From the human T2T-CHM13v2.0 reference genome, Homo sapiens, in NCBI RefSeq assembly GCF_009914755.1, contig NC_060931.1: a stretch of DNA of 64,000 bases; one strand, 5' to 3'. This document shows positions 58,619-64,000 of the stretch, piece after piece. The notes under the pieces were generated by a model. The model ran no database searches, was not told the origin of the DNA, and saw only the letters and a list, made by a program, of their open reading frames with translations. Positions within the stretch are counted from its first letter, which is position 1. Every line of letters starts with the position of its first letter. Made by a program: the position numbers and the translations under genes.

Positions 58619-59469
58619 TAAGTTCTCTCTTTGGCCCCTAACACTTCCTCAGGCCTTTGCCACCTCTCCCCTTTTCTCTTCCCCTTGTCTCCACAACTGA
58701 TCTGCTTTCCCCAACCATCCCCCTCACTGTCCCCTCCAGATCCAGCCCCGCCCCCACTCCTCAGGCCTCAGCAGCTGCTGGACCCTCTAATTATCCTTCA
58801 TTCTTTCTCCAAAATGAGGCTCCAGCCTGGCCTCTCCCCATAACCTCCAGGCCGATTCGATCTCTCCAGGATGTGGCTCACCCGCTCTTTGTCATGTGTC
58901 TCTGTGTGGAGTCCCCGTTAGTGCCTCAGGGTGGGCCCCATACCTTGCATCTCTCACAGTCAGGAGCTCATTCAGGAACCCCCAGCAGGTGCCCAGTGGC
59001 TGGCCCTGGGAGCCCTGCAGTCCCTGGGTCAAGCCCTATCACCTGGGTTCCCATCTGCCCACTTCCTTCTCCCCCTCTGCTTCCCAGAAGTGTCCTTCAG
59101 CTCCTCCCTGACCTGTCTCGCCTCTTCTCTCGTGTATCATATCCCTCTCTTCCTGCATCCATCCTTTACCCTCCTCACTTCTCCCTGGCCCCTGCAGCCC
59201 CCACTTTCCCTGACAAGCCCCTGGGTTCTTCCAGCCGTGCTCTCCCTGTCCTCCACTCTGGTCTTGCTACTCTGTCCTTCCCAACACTAAGGGATGTGTC
59301 TCCAGAAGCAAGAGCAGCAGCCCCCATTCATTGAGGCACCATGGCATGGCCCTGGCAAATCGCTTCGTGTGCATTGCCCTAGTGAACCCTCACCAAGACT
59401 CCACAATAACAAGAGGAACTGCTATTCTCTTCAGTTTACAGACAGGGAAATTGAGGCTAACAGAGCCTA

Positions 59470-63834
<4,365 letters not shown>

Positions 63835-64000
63835 CTACTAAAATGATAGCAAAGGGAATTTTTTAAGAAAGAAATCCTCAAGAACAAGAAATATATGAAC
63901 TGGATGTACAAAAGCAAAATTTGACAAGCTGGAAACAGACTAATGGAATTGGTTTAGGAGCCCAGATGAGCTAAACCCTAAGCCAGTGTTGGGAAACCCA

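Overview
Human (primate) genomic DNA, very Alu-rich, recognisable as the 7q22.1 PILR locus. Left to right: the last four exons of SPDYE3 (+); PMS2P1 (-), with PMS2 exons 1-5 plus two recruited 3' exons, one from an MSTA LTR and one antisense to the SPDYE3 3'UTR; a duplicated PMS2/AIMP2 bidirectional CpG-island promoter with an AIMP2 exon 1 remnant; STAG3L5P fragments (+); PVRIG2P (+); MIR6840; the complete PILRB gene (4 coding exons, 227 aa); and coding exons 1-2 of PILRA (G78 allele). I see no new protein-coding system. The most interesting signal is a record of how the activating receptor PILRB may have been built from an inhibitory PILRA-like ancestor. It includes a fossil cytoplasmic exon with both splice sites lost, a new tail exon inside an MLT1-like LTR, a 415-bp intron-to-promoter copy, an exonised third Ig-V fragment, and a chain of exons linking PILRB to a borrowed housekeeping promoter. 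Gene and repeat names come from recall of the proteins and consensus sequences, not from a database search. Repeat boundaries are approximate.
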